From assembly GCA_028724265.1 (NCBI GenBank), contig JAQYDG010000007.1, forward strand, positions 73,982 through 137,981: a stretch of DNA of 64,000 nt, written 5' to 3'. Position 1 is the stretch's first letter. Every line of letters begins with the position of its first letter. A program made the position numbers and the translations under genes. Origin of the DNA: Actinomycetaceae bacterium (GTDB lineage Bacteria > Actinomycetota > Actinomycetes > Actinomycetales > Actinomycetaceae). Below are positions 46,184 through 56,066 of this stretch, one piece after another. The notes under the pieces were generated by a model. That model saw only the letters and a program-made list of their open reading frames with translations. It was not told the DNA's origin and ran no database searches.

Positions 46184-47596
46184 TCATACTGCATCTTTGA
46201 CGCGGGCTACGAGTGTGTGTGCGTAGGACGGGAGTTCGTGTGCTCGGGCGGTAAGTGTGGTGACGCGGCGAGCGAGTGTGTTCAGGTGGCGACGCATCGC
46301 TGGCACGCCATCGGTTTTGACATACGAAGCCGTCATACGGGCGTCACGCCTCAGGAGTTTTGCGCGTCGTCTCATCGACAAATCGGCTGGATAGCGGAGT
46401 GAATGGCTCGTCTTCCCCTGCTGGATGAGTGCCAGAATTTGCCGGCGTGTCGCTTTCTGACGGACAAAGGCGAGAACGACCGGCAGTGGCACAACATGCC
46501 AAAAATAGGGGGTGCGAACCCAGGTGGCATCAATCGGTTCGTGAAGAAAGTAATCGCGAACCAGGAGACTCGCCAGATTGTATCCTGCTCCCGTCACCCG
46601 ATAGTGGCTGCGTCCCTGACGAATATTGATTTCGAGAATCTTGAAAACACCATCGCGCGGATCCCTTTTGATATCGCAGTCACACAGACCCTCGAACCCG
46701 ATCGATTCGAGGAGCGTGCGAATCGACTCCATCAGGCCTTCGTTGTAGGTATTGAGCGTTGCGGCATCCGATCCGATACCAGTAGAAGAGTGTTCTTCCA
46801 ACAGCACATGCCCAAGGTTCATGAGTTTCACACGGTGATCCCGCCCCACGTACACATGCAAGTCGTACATGGTGGAATCTCCGCCGGGGATCAGCTCCTG
46901 CACGATCATGGAGCCCGAGTAGCCAGCCGCATAGGTACGATGCAGCACGTCCAGCAGTTGTGCACGGTGGTTGACGAAGAAAACTTTTTTCGCTCCCTGA
47001 AAGGGGTGCTCTTTATAGTCCACGCTGTCTGACGCCTTCACCACCACAGGAAAATCAAAGTCGAGATGAAAATCGTCGCCGGTGGCCGGTGTGTGGACGA
47101 AAGTCTTGGGATATGCAAGCCCATAGTACTCGCACAAGGCATAGAAGTCTTGTTTCAAAATGATTTTGTTCAGAACAGACTCGTCTGCATACGGGAGAAT
47201 ATATTTATCCTCCAGCTGTGCACGGTTTTCGACGATCATGCGCACATATTGATCCCAACAGCCGATCAGCATCAGCGATTTTTCCCCGTGGAATTGTTCC
47301 TGAACGTCGCGGTATAGATCGTCAAGCACGCGCAGAAAAACCTTTGGATCGTGCAGCCCGGGAACCTCGCGGAAGTCAATAATCGAGCTTTCCGCAATCG
47401 GCGATCGCATGCCCGTGGCTAGCACAAGCGACCGGATGCCATACGCTTCGTGAAAGGCTCGCGCAAAGGAGTAGACGTTAATATCGGCGGCAAGAAGAAC
47501 CGGCTGTAGGTGTGCGCGTATCCATGCTTTCTCCGGCGAATCCTTTTCTGACGGAGCTGCCCTGCCTGACGTGTGGGTGAAGATGGTAAATGCCAA
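46184..47596 (-). CDS. ATP-grasp family carboxylate-amine ligase (COG3919-like)
   Basis: The 470-aa product has a pre-ATP-grasp N-domain (LLAADINVYSFARAFHEAYGI). The ATP-grasp core carries VVVKASD...QELIPGG...LLEEH. The start codon is TTG, with AGGAGG 6 nt upstream. Confidence 0.75.
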   Translation of the reverse strand: MAFTIFTHTSGRAAPSEKDSPEKAWIRAHLQPVLLAADINVYSFARAFHEAYGIRSLVLATGMRSPIAESSIIDFREVPGLHDPKVFLRVLDDLYRDVQEQFHGEKSLMLIGCWDQYVRMIVENRAQLEDKYILPYADESVLNKIILKQDFYALCEYYGLAYPKTFVHTPATGDDFHLDFDFPVVVKASDSVDYKEHPFQGAKKVFFVNHRAQLLDVLHRTYAAGYSGSMIVQELIPGGDSTMYDLHVYVGRDHRVKLMNLGHVLLEEHSSTGIGSDAATLNTYNEGLMESIRTLLESIGFEGLCDCDIKRDPRDGVFKILEINIRQGRSHYRVTGAGYNLASLLVRDYFLHEPIDATWVRTPYFWHVVPLPVVLAFVRQKATRRQILALIQQGKTSHSLRYPADLSMRRRAKLLRRDARMTASYVKTDGVPAMRRHLNTLARRVTTLTARAHELPSYAHTLVARVKDAV

Positions 47597-47764
47597 CGAA
47601 ACCTCCTGAGTGCTGAGACCGTACCCCCTTGTCCGCGGATCCGTGGGTACATCCGGCGTTCGTTCATGCCTGTGGTGATGCTACCGCTAAGTTGGCACGT
47701 CGGTGCCCCGCATGTGGGAACTCCGTCAGCCGGCACTGCGCATACGTGCGGTAGCGTTGGGTAC

Positions 47765-48484
47765 ATGGCACCTCATGCGCGCAGCACCTCACAGTCGGAT
47801 CCCCATGCGTCAAAGCGTGTTTTCCCTTCCCGCCCACGATCCCAGGCTGCGCGCCGCGAAGCTGCACAAGCAATAGCCGATCGCCTGGCCCAGGTGTATC
47901 CGGTCTCGCACGTCAACCTCACTCACTCCACTCCGTTTCAGCTTCTCGTGGCTACTGTGCTGTCTGCACAGACGACGGATATGCGCGTTAACCAGACAAC
48001 ACCGGCACTGTTTGCCCGCTATCCCACGCCGGAGGATCTCGCGCAGGCAGACCTGGCGGAACTGGAAGAGCTGCTGCATCCCGTCGGTTTTTTCCGGGTC
48101 AAAGCACGCCACATACGCGACCTTGCGCGTACCTTGGTGGATCATTTCCACGGCGAGGTGCCTGTTGCCATTGATGACCTTGTGACTCTGCCGGGAGTCG
48201 GACGCAAGACGGCGAATGTGGTGCGCGGTGACGCGTTCGGGCTGCCCGGCATTACGGTGGACACTCATGTGGGGAGGAGTGCCCGCCGTTGGGGGTGGAG
48301 CCGCAGCACCGATCCCATCAAGGTTGAACAGGATATTGCCAGCCTCCTACCCAGTGAGATATGGACCGTCACGTGCCACCGGATTATTGACCATGGGCGA
48401 GCGATCTGCCATTCCCGGAATCCAGAATGTTCCCGTTGCCCTCTTGCGGATTTGTGCCCGAGCTTTGAGATCCTGCGATCATAG
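47765..48484 (+). CDS. nth: Endonuclease III
   Basis: HhH-GPD LPGVGRKTANVV and the 4Fe-4S cluster loop CHSRNPECSRCPLADLC are present. Confidence 0.92.
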   Translation: MAPHARSTSQSDPHASKRVFPSRPRSQAARREAAQAIADRLAQVYPVSHVNLTHSTPFQLLVATVLSAQTTDMRVNQTTPALFARYPTPEDLAQADLAELEELLHPVGFFRVKARHIRDLARTLVDHFHGEVPVAIDDLVTLPGVGRKTANVVRGDAFGLPGITVDTHVGRSARRWGWSRSTDPIKVEQDIASLLPSEIWTVTCHRIIDHGRAICHSRNPECSRCPLADLCPSFEILRS

Positions 48485-48644
48485 GGAACAGCCTGTAGGG
48501 CTGATAACACAGTGATACCCGGCGGCGTCTGCAGTGCGCCGGAATGACAGACACCCGTTACAGACCCCCGCTGTGCGCGGGGAGAACCTGTGGTTGGTCT
48601 ACGGGTCTCTGTACGAGTTGCTTTACGAGTCGCTGTACAACCTG

Positions 48645-49568
48645 CTATACAAAGCGCTGCAAGAACTCGATAATGACTTCGTTCATTGCCTCAGGCTGTT
48701 CTTCTGGGACGAAGTGGCCAGCCTCGGGAATCGTCACAAAGCGATACTCGGAGGTTGTGAGCATCGCGTCATGAGCCCAAGCGCGCGCGGGAAGAAGCGG
48801 ATCCAGGCTGCCGCGTACCTCCCACACGGGGCACGGCACTGGCCGGCTGGTCATTTTGAAGAACTTACGTCCCGAAGGCCGCTGCTGACTCGTGTAGGCC
48901 CACCGGAGCTGGTCAACCGCCACCTGTGCAGCCTCAGGCAGACGCAGAATCTCTGTGTATCGTGCAGACTGCGAAGCCGCCCCATCGTTGCCTGGTGCGC
49001 TCCAGTGCGTAAGTATCCGGCGAATCACACGTTCGTCCCGCAAACCGCGATGCGCGATGTGGGGAAGGAACGTCGCAGCAACATTGCGCCACGTTTTGAG
49101 CGTGACGTGCAGCCCAACACGCTGCAGCTTGCGCGGGTGGGGGGAGGACACCGTCATCACACCGCGCACGACCGAAGGATTGAGTGCCGCAGATGCCCAC
49201 GCGTGTTCTCCTCCGCGCCCGTGGCCAATCACAACGGCTGACGAGGCTCCCAACGACTGTGCAATTGCTGCCACATCAAGCCCGAGGGTAAGCCCATCGG
49301 CGGAATTGGGCATCTTATCTGATCCAGCAATCCCCCGCGTATCCACGGCAGCAACCTCAAATCCTGCTGCAGCGATAGCCTCGATCTGCCCGCGCCACGC
49401 CCACCAGTATTCCGGAAATCCGTGTAGGAGGAGGACGAGGGGGCGGTGTTCGTGATGCTCGCCCATGCGTGCCAGATGGAATTGGCAAGAATTGGCGCTC
49501 ACATAGCGGTGCTCCCACGGGCCGGGTATAAAAACGGACGCGTTATCGGCAGGTAGTCTTTCAGGCAT
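48645..49568 (-). CDS. Epoxide-hydrolase-like alpha/beta-fold protein with a non-canonical nucleophile elbow
   Basis: HGFPEYWWAWRGQ and the C-terminal GHFVPEE His motif are present. The elbow reads GHGRGG instead of GHDWG. The start overlaps the upstream gene's stop by 8 nt. Confidence 0.7.
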   Translation of the reverse strand: MPERLPADNASVFIPGPWEHRYVSANSCQFHLARMGEHHEHRPLVLLLHGFPEYWWAWRGQIEAIAAAGFEVAAVDTRGIAGSDKMPNSADGLTLGLDVAAIAQSLGASSAVVIGHGRGGEHAWASAALNPSVVRGVMTVSSPHPRKLQRVGLHVTLKTWRNVAATFLPHIAHRGLRDERVIRRILTHWSAPGNDGAASQSARYTEILRLPEAAQVAVDQLRWAYTSQQRPSGRKFFKMTSRPVPCPVWEVRGSLDPLLPARAWAHDAMLTTSEYRFVTIPEAGHFVPEEQPEAMNEVIIEFLQRFV

Positions 49569-51432
49569 AGCTTTCAGGTGTAACGGATTCAGGTGTGATG
49601 GCTTGGGTGGACGTATCCGATGGGGTGTTCTCGCTTGAGTACGCGGCATAGGCGGCCAGTGCCCGCTCCCGTGCCGATGCGCGGCGGCGTCCGGAATGAA
49701 CAGCAAACGCCGTCATCAGGAGGATCAAGCCGAAGAACAGGAAGAAGCCGCTGGTGAGGAGAATGTTGAATGCCCCGAACACAATCGTATTAATGTTGCT
49801 CCCCAGTGATATGTAGCGTTCCAACGGGCGAGCAATATAGGTGCTGGCGAGGTCTGGCGTGATGACGCTGAAAATGCCCACGCCGGTCAGCAGTACACCG
49901 GAAATCCAGGCACCCAGGGTGCTGCGGCGAATATTGAGCCACAGAAGAACCAGGATCACGATTGCAACCACCAGGATCGCGATCAATTCTGCATTCCACG
50001 AACGCGGCGGAACGTTGTCGATCGTCAGCGACCCGGTGGAGGCGGAGTCGATCAGCTGCTCTACCGTGGAGTTGCCGAGTGTCGCTTCCAGCGAATCGTA
50101 GAAAAGGAGACCGAGGGAGGCGGCGATCGCCAGGGCTGAGAGCGGCGCCAGAAGAATGCCCACAAAAACACTCAACACATGTGCCCATGCGCGGCTCTTG
50201 GGCTTCTGAGGAACGATGGAACCCTCCCCGTCCACGCTGGCATCATCCGCATTTATGGTTCCTAAGTCGTGCGCGGAGTATGCGCCACGCTGGTCTGTAG
50301 GGGTGTTAGCTGCAACAGTAGCAATTGGTGTGGTTGCTAAGACGGCGCTGGTATCTGCCGGAGTGGCTGAATCTGCGGCGTCTAGGCCAACAGGTAGTGA
50401 GCCAGGAGATGTTGAGGTCGCAGGTGTCGCGTCGGAGGAGACGCGCGCGTGCTGCCCCGCAGTGTGTGCATGTGTGGAAAGAACCTGTGTTGCAGGGGAA
50501 CCGCCTGGTACTGTGGCGTCGCCTTCGTCCACTGACTCAGAGTACTGTCCGGCGCCGATGGCGTCGGCGAGCGTTGAATGTGCCGCTGCCGATTCTGGTG
50601 CATAGGTCGGCTGCTGAGGTTTCTCTTCATACGGCCATGGCGATACAGCGTTCAGATGAGCCGTGTCCAGGTCTTGACTGGCAGTGTCGGTACCGGGTTC
50701 GGGGTCGGGGCTGGGGTTGCTGCTAGGGTCTTGTGCGTTGGCAGGCAGATCCGTGCTAGAAGGCTGGTCCATATTGGAAGCGCTCGCCGCATTGATGGGG
50801 CTTGCCATGCTTTGTTCACCGTGATCTGAGCTGTCGTTGTTGAGACCTGTGCGGGGTTCTGCTGTGCTCGCCTCATCGCCTGCGAGCGCGTCAGCGTCTG
50901 TGCGCGCATCTTCGTCTGCGTGCGCGTCGCCGCCTGCGGGCGTGCCAGCGTCTGTGTGCGGAGAATTGTCAGCGTTCACAGAGCTGCTTGCAGAGTCCTC
51001 GGTGATCAGCGCGTGAACAGGCACCGTGGGATCCGCAGAGCTCCCGTCCTGCGATGAAGCAAGGGAACCCTCCGTGTGGGCAGAATCGTCGGAGTGATCA
51101 GACTCGTTACTGTGATCCACGCTCAGTGATTGCGTCGCGGTTTCGCTTATCTCGTCAGACGTTGCAGTCGCGTCAGGAGTTGCACCTTGTTCGACCCCTT
51201 CAGTTTGTTCGAGCCTCGCAGCGTGTTCGGGCGTTGCAGGTTCGGCTTGCGTCACAGGACTATCTGCAGTGTCCTCCTTGTGAGCCGACTGTTCAGATGG
51301 ATGTTCTGACGGAGGTTCTGACGGATCAACCACGGGATTGTCGTTTTCAGCGAGCGGATCGAGAGGCAAAAGAATATCCTCGTCACCCTCAAAAGGATTT
51401 CGTGACGGCGATGTGTATGGATCGGTTGGCAT
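49561..51432 (-). CDS. Membrane protein with a long acidic disordered N-terminal region (unknown function)
   Basis: A low-complexity D/S/T/P/A-rich segment of about 400 aa is followed by 4-5 TM helices. AAGGAGGAG lies upstream of the ATG at 51432. Confidence 0.6.
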   Translation of the reverse strand: MPTDPYTSPSRNPFEGDEDILLPLDPLAENDNPVVDPSEPPSEHPSEQSAHKEDTADSPVTQAEPATPEHAARLEQTEGVEQGATPDATATSDEISETATQSLSVDHSNESDHSDDSAHTEGSLASSQDGSSADPTVPVHALITEDSASSSVNADNSPHTDAGTPAGGDAHADEDARTDADALAGDEASTAEPRTGLNNDSSDHGEQSMASPINAASASNMDQPSSTDLPANAQDPSSNPSPDPEPGTDTASQDLDTAHLNAVSPWPYEEKPQQPTYAPESAAAHSTLADAIGAGQYSESVDEGDATVPGGSPATQVLSTHAHTAGQHARVSSDATPATSTSPGSLPVGLDAADSATPADTSAVLATTPIATVAANTPTDQRGAYSAHDLGTINADDASVDGEGSIVPQKPKSRAWAHVLSVFVGILLAPLSALAIAASLGLLFYDSLEATLGNSTVEQLIDSASTGSLTIDNVPPRSWNAELIAILVVAIVILVLLWLNIRRSTLGAWISGVLLTGVGIFSVITPDLASTYIARPLERYISLGSNINTIVFGAFNILLTSGFFLFFGLILLMTAFAVHSGRRRASARERALAAYAAYSSENTPSDTSTQAITPESVTPESYA

Positions 51433-51653
51433 GGGCACAATCTCCTCCTTGTTGATTCTCATTCAAAACTACGGCATATGAACGAGTTTTTGTACCATTT
51501 CCCCAGCGTGCCCTCTCACATCATGCCGAGTGTTTCATGCCAGTTGTGCGCGCCTCGCCCAGGTGCGATCCTCATTTTTTGTTTGTGCACTGGCGATCCA
51601 CAGGAGCGTCTCTATTCGTGGAGGTTGTTGGAATATGTGACGACGATAGCGGC

Positions 51654-53012
51654 ATGAGTACTTCGTTTGTTGAAGCAGCGGTTGACGAAACTTCGGTTGA
51701 CGAAAAGTCGGTTGCCGGCAGCACGTTGCCCACCAGGAGAACGTCGTCTATCGGTAGCAATTCGGCCGCTGAAAGCCGGGCGCCCGTCGAAAGCAAGCCT
51801 TCCATCGAAAGCCAATCGTCTACTGGAAAGCCGGTCGCCACAGTGCAAGGTGGGAGCGTCGTGCGTCGGCGTCACGCGGTCAGGGTCTCGAACATGGAGG
51901 CTTCTGGGGCAAGCCAACAGCCGGAGGGCAACCGCGCGCCAGGAGTTTCTGAGCAAAAGTGGCAGAGCACGGCGCAAGGAAGCGACTCTTCACCGGAGGC
52001 GGATTCTGCCCACGCATGGCGTGCAGGAACACGGGAAGTAGTACCAGTGATTCTTGCTGGTGCCAGTACACTGACGGAGCGTGAGGTTCGCCGGCTCGCG
52101 GCCATTGCCGGTGTTGACGTCGTAGTAGTCCCTTCAGGGCATGCTGGACGTGCCGCAGTACTGACGCTCACAGAGCGAAGTCCCATGGTGGTTGGCGTTG
52201 ATTTCCATCCTGCCTACCGCGGATATTTTCCGCTTACAACGTCGGTTGTTCATGTCAAAGAGGAAGCCCAGGAGATGTTGGAGTTGCTCCTTGCGGCGGG
52301 TTCCACACGGCGAGGGCGAATCGTTGGCGTGATCGGTGCGCATGGCGGAGCCGGATCCACCACTCTTGCCTGCTGGCTGGCGCGCACCATTGCCGGTGAC
52401 GAACGATGTTCGTTGATTGATCTTGATCCGCTCTCCACAGGCGTTGCCGATGCCATGGGAATAGCGGAAACCCCGGGGTTGCGATGGGCTGACGTAGCAA
52501 CCCAACAGGGTGCGTTCGTCCCTGGTCGTTTGCTCAACGCCTTGCCTCAGCTGGAAGGTCTTGCGGTCTTGACGGCGGACGATCGTGCATCGGTACCGGT
52601 TTCAGGCGATGGCGCAGAACGAGCCATTGCGGCACTAGCCCAAGTATGCGAAATGACGCTACTTGATCTGCCCAGATCTGCCCTGCAACCGGGCAATCCG
52701 GCTGCATCGTGGCTCGAATGGTGCGACCTAGTGATCGTTGTCGCTGTCATCGGCTCAGTTCGCTCGCATCGTCGGGCAGTTGAGGGTCTGCGAGGAGCGT
52801 TGCCTGTAGTCTCGGTTGCCCGTTCCGTGCACAGCCGTGGTCAGCTTGCCGCCTACACACAAGATGTGGGCGTTGAGCGCGTGTATCCGTTTCACGATGT
52901 TCGGCATTTTGACGACGATCTTGCCCATGGTGTGCATATTGGTGACCGCAAAAGATCTGCCTGTGCCCGCGATGTTCGTCAGCTGGCAACGGTGTGCATG
53001 GCGGCTGCATGA
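51654..53012 (+). CDS. tadZ: TadZ/CpaE-like (Ssd/Rv3660c-type) ParA-MinD-fold pilus assembly protein
   Basis: The degenerate Walker A GVIGAHGGAGSTTLACWLA lacks the Lys, as in TadZ-type proteins. It is followed by the SLIDLDP block. The N-terminal extension is low-complexity, and the start is uncertain (51537-51654). Confidence 0.75.
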   Translation: MSTSFVEAAVDETSVDEKSVAGSTLPTRRTSSIGSNSAAESRAPVESKPSIESQSSTGKPVATVQGGSVVRRRHAVRVSNMEASGASQQPEGNRAPGVSEQKWQSTAQGSDSSPEADSAHAWRAGTREVVPVILAGASTLTEREVRRLAAIAGVDVVVVPSGHAGRAAVLTLTERSPMVVGVDFHPAYRGYFPLTTSVVHVKEEAQEMLELLLAAGSTRRGRIVGVIGAHGGAGSTTLACWLARTIAGDERCSLIDLDPLSTGVADAMGIAETPGLRWADVATQQGAFVPGRLLNALPQLEGLAVLTADDRASVPVSGDGAERAIAALAQVCEMTLLDLPRSALQPGNPAASWLEWCDLVIVVAVIGSVRSHRRAVEGLRGALPVVSVARSVHSRGQLAAYTQDVGVERVYPFHDVRHFDDDLAHGVHIGDRKRSACARDVRQLATVCMAAA

Positions 53013-54400
53013 TGATGCAACGCAGAGGACCTCATTCGCTCGATGCAGACACGGGCGATCAAGCCGAATCGGTACCTGCACCAATCGAGGCTCGCCGCAC
53101 AGAAATCTCGGCATCCCAGCTGCGAACACCGCCAGCTGATGCTGTTCACAAGGCGAGAAAGGAGCTGGCATACGGTGCTGACTTTTCGCAGGCTTTCGCT
53201 GCTTCGATCCCAGAAGCGATAGGGACTGCGGATGTGGTGGGTCGTGGGCGGGAACTGCGTCGCGCGCTTTCGGGGGCAGGCAGCGCTCTGCAGCCGTTGC
53301 TGGAGGATCCGGAGGTGACGGATGTTCTTGTGAACGGGGTAAACGGAGTGTGGATTGACCGAGGCTTCGGCATGGAACGCGTCCACCAGCTGGATGGATA
53401 TTGGCCGTCCCGCGTGGATGTGCGCGCGTTGGCTGTCCGCTTGGCGTCTGCATGTGGACAAAGGCTTGACGATTCGATGCCTATTGTGGACGGCACTTTT
53501 CCGGGTGGTATGCGCCTTCACGCGGTTTTAGAGCCAATCTCCGCCGAAGGAGCCTTGATTTCTCTGCGTACTCACCGTCCGGTGGCCTATTCTTTGGACG
53601 ATCTGCAGGAATCGGGTACCTTCGGTGCAGGAATGCGCGTCATTTTGGATGCGCTGATAGCCCAGCGTGCAAACGTCATGATTTCGGGTGCAACGGGATC
53701 CGGAAAGACGACCTTGCTTTCTGCGCTCCTTTCCAGCGTCGGATCCCACGAGCGCATCTTGGTGATAGAAGAATCTGCCGAGTTGTTCCCTCAACATCCC
53801 CATGTGATTCACCTACAGGAACGTCATGCGAATGTTCAAGGTGCGGGTGCTGTGCCGATGCCGGTTCTGGTGCGTGCAGCCATGCGTATGCGGCCTGATC
53901 GCATTGTGCTCGGCGAGTGCCGTGGTGCGGAGGTGCGTGATGTTCTTTCAGCGCTCAATACTGGGCATGACGGCGGGTGGGCCACAATACACGCGAACTC
54001 GGCAGAGGATGTTCCCTCCCGGCTTGTTGCTCTTGGGGCTCTGGCGGGTATGAGTGAGTCGGTTGTGGCAGCCCAAGCTGCCAGTGCTCTCGACGCTGTC
54101 ATTCACGTTCAGCGCACCGCAGCTGGCAGGAGGGTGGCGCAAATTGGTACATTCGTCCGGCGGCAGAGCGAACTGAGTGCACAGCTTGCTGTGCGTGTTG
54201 ATGAAGTTGACGGATCGCTTCATGCGGGTCCTGGCTGGGATCGGCTGGGTGAGCGACTGGGAATAGATGCGTCCTTCTTCACAGAGGCGAATGCTCAGGC
54301 CGACGTGGGTGTTTTGGCGGGTCATGGGATGCCGCGCGCCTGTCTTGATCGTCGCCGCTGTCGTGATGTGCGCAGCGATAAGGCGGGAGGATACACATGA
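53009..54400 (+). CDS. tadA: TadA/CpaF secretion ATPase
   Basis: Walker A GATGSGKTT is present, with Asp/His boxes (VIEESAEL, RPDRIVLGECRGAE, TGHDG). The start overlaps the tadZ stop. The longest ORF begins at 52994. Confidence 0.9.
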   Translation: MMMQRRGPHSLDADTGDQAESVPAPIEARRTEISASQLRTPPADAVHKARKELAYGADFSQAFAASIPEAIGTADVVGRGRELRRALSGAGSALQPLLEDPEVTDVLVNGVNGVWIDRGFGMERVHQLDGYWPSRVDVRALAVRLASACGQRLDDSMPIVDGTFPGGMRLHAVLEPISAEGALISLRTHRPVAYSLDDLQESGTFGAGMRVILDALIAQRANVMISGATGSGKTTLLSALLSSVGSHERILVIEESAELFPQHPHVIHLQERHANVQGAGAVPMPVLVRAAMRMRPDRIVLGECRGAEVRDVLSALNTGHDGGWATIHANSAEDVPSRLVALGALAGMSESVVAAQAASALDAVIHVQRTAAGRRVAQIGTFVRRQSELSAQLAVRVDEVDGSLHAGPGWDRLGERLGIDASFFTEANAQADVGVLAGHGMPRACLDRRRCRDVRSDKAGGYT

Positions 54401-55335
54401 CGTTCCTCGTTGTTATCGCCGTTCTCATCGCGTCAAGCCTGGCATGGGCATTGACGCCTCGCCGTTATGCTCACGTGCCTTCAGTGGATGACGGCCGATC
54501 TTCCGGCACATCCTCTCAGGGCCGGCAGCGACGTTTCTTTCGCCGTACGGCGGTGCGTTCGCGCGTGCGTGAAAGCGCGCGCTGGCATCACAACTCATCG
54601 AAGGGATCCGTGTATTCGAGGATGAGGGAACGAATGAGGATCCGTCATATTGACCTCGGAGTTATCGTGGCGGAGGTCGCAACGCGGCTTCGATCAGGAG
54701 CCCGGATGGAGGATGCCTGGCAGCGGACACTCGATCGACACGATCCACGGCAGTTTGATCCTCAAAAGAAGAATCGTCATCACACGAGTGTGCAGCACAC
54801 AGTGGATGTGGGGCATACCGCCAAGCTCTCGGATTCGGCAGGATCAGCTTCCGTACGGGTGCTCGATGACGATGGTGTACCCCTGCGTCTGCTTGAGGCT
54901 GCGCCTCGAATACATATCCGCCGCCGTAGACGCCGTACGAACCAGCGTCGTCGCCATGGTGCTCGACCGTTCTTTTCTTCACGGCACCCCATACCTGGCT
55001 TGGCTGAAGCTGTTGCTGTGTGCAGGATGAGCGGCATGTCTGGTGCACCGATTGCTGATGTTCTCGATACCTGTGCGGCGGGTATCACCGAAGCTGCGGA
55101 GGAATCGTCAGCGCGAAAAATTGCTCTGGCAGGCCCTCGATCCAGCGCGCGATTACTCGCGTTCCTGCCGTTGCTGGGTCTGCTCCTGGGCTATGTGGTG
55201 GGTGCTCGTCCGCTCGACGTGTTTCGCACCACCATGATTGGGCATGTATGTGCGGCGGTAGGAATTTCCCTTGAAATAGCGGGAATCCTCTGGATTCGGG
55301 AGCTGACACGGCAAGCAGAACATTCCGCGCTCTAG
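54397..55335 (+). CDS. tadB: TadB-like type II secretion system F-family membrane protein
   Basis: An ATGA overlap links it to tadA. The C-terminal T2SSF-like domain has TM helices. Confidence 0.75.
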   Translation: MTFLVVIAVLIASSLAWALTPRRYAHVPSVDDGRSSGTSSQGRQRRFFRRTAVRSRVRESARWHHNSSKGSVYSRMRERMRIRHIDLGVIVAEVATRLRSGARMEDAWQRTLDRHDPRQFDPQKKNRHHTSVQHTVDVGHTAKLSDSAGSASVRVLDDDGVPLRLLEAAPRIHIRRRRRRTNQRRRHGARPFFSSRHPIPGLAEAVAVCRMSGMSGAPIADVLDTCAAGITEAAEESSARKIALAGPRSSARLLAFLPLLGLLLGYVVGARPLDVFRTTMIGHVCAAVGISLEIAGILWIRELTRQAEHSAL

Positions 55336-55421
55336 CAACGAGCCTCGGCGCATAAGCGTGCCAGCTCACCAGCTGTGGAGTGTAAGGAAGAATTCGTGGC
55401 GGCGAGGAGGTGTACTTCAGG

Positions 55422-55952
55422 ATGCCAGTCATATGTGTTGCCGTCGTCTGCGCACTGTTGTGTGCCTTTGCCTACACGCCGTATCGCAATCGCCCACGGC
55501 CACACGCGCGTATTGTGCTGCCTGATATCGATCCGGCGATGATGGTGGATCTGTTGGTTGCAGCCCTTCAGGGTGGAGCGTCGATTCCGCGTGCACTTGA
55601 AGCACTCGACGATTCGTTGGCGTACCAGGCAGAACCAGCAGGTTTAAGGCCTGTGGCTCAGTTCTTGCTGATGGGGGCAGATTGGGACACTGCGTGGGAA
55701 CAGGTTGATCAGCGGCTGGATGGGCTCAAAGATGCGTTGGAACCTGCGTGGGTTGATGGTGCGGCGCCTGTGCCCCTGTTGCAGAGAGCTGCTGAGAGTT
55801 ATCGAGCCTCGCGGTCTCGACGTAGCAGGGAAGCCGCGGAAAAACTCGGAGCTCGTCTTGTTCTTCCCCTGGGTGTTTGCTTTCTGCCTGCGTTCGTGGC
55901 GATTGGCATTGTCCCTGTTATTGTGGCGACCGGCTTTTCACTTTTCGGCTAG
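55422..55952 (+). CDS. tadC: TadC-like type II secretion system F-domain membrane protein
   Basis: The 176-aa product has an N-terminal TM segment, the LLVAALQGGASIPRALEAL block and a C-terminal TM pair. Confidence 0.75.
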   Translation: MPVICVAVVCALLCAFAYTPYRNRPRPHARIVLPDIDPAMMVDLLVAALQGGASIPRALEALDDSLAYQAEPAGLRPVAQFLLMGADWDTAWEQVDQRLDGLKDALEPAWVDGAAPVPLLQRAAESYRASRSRRSREAAEKLGARLVLPLGVCFLPAFVAIGIVPVIVATGFSLFG

Positions 55953-56066
55953 CGCGCTGTGATGCGCTTCTGAGAGGTGACGTGTGCATAGATGATTGCA
56001 TAGATGACGTGTGCCGAATGGTGTTGATTGGATCATGCCAGCGAGAGATTTTCAATACGAATAGGC

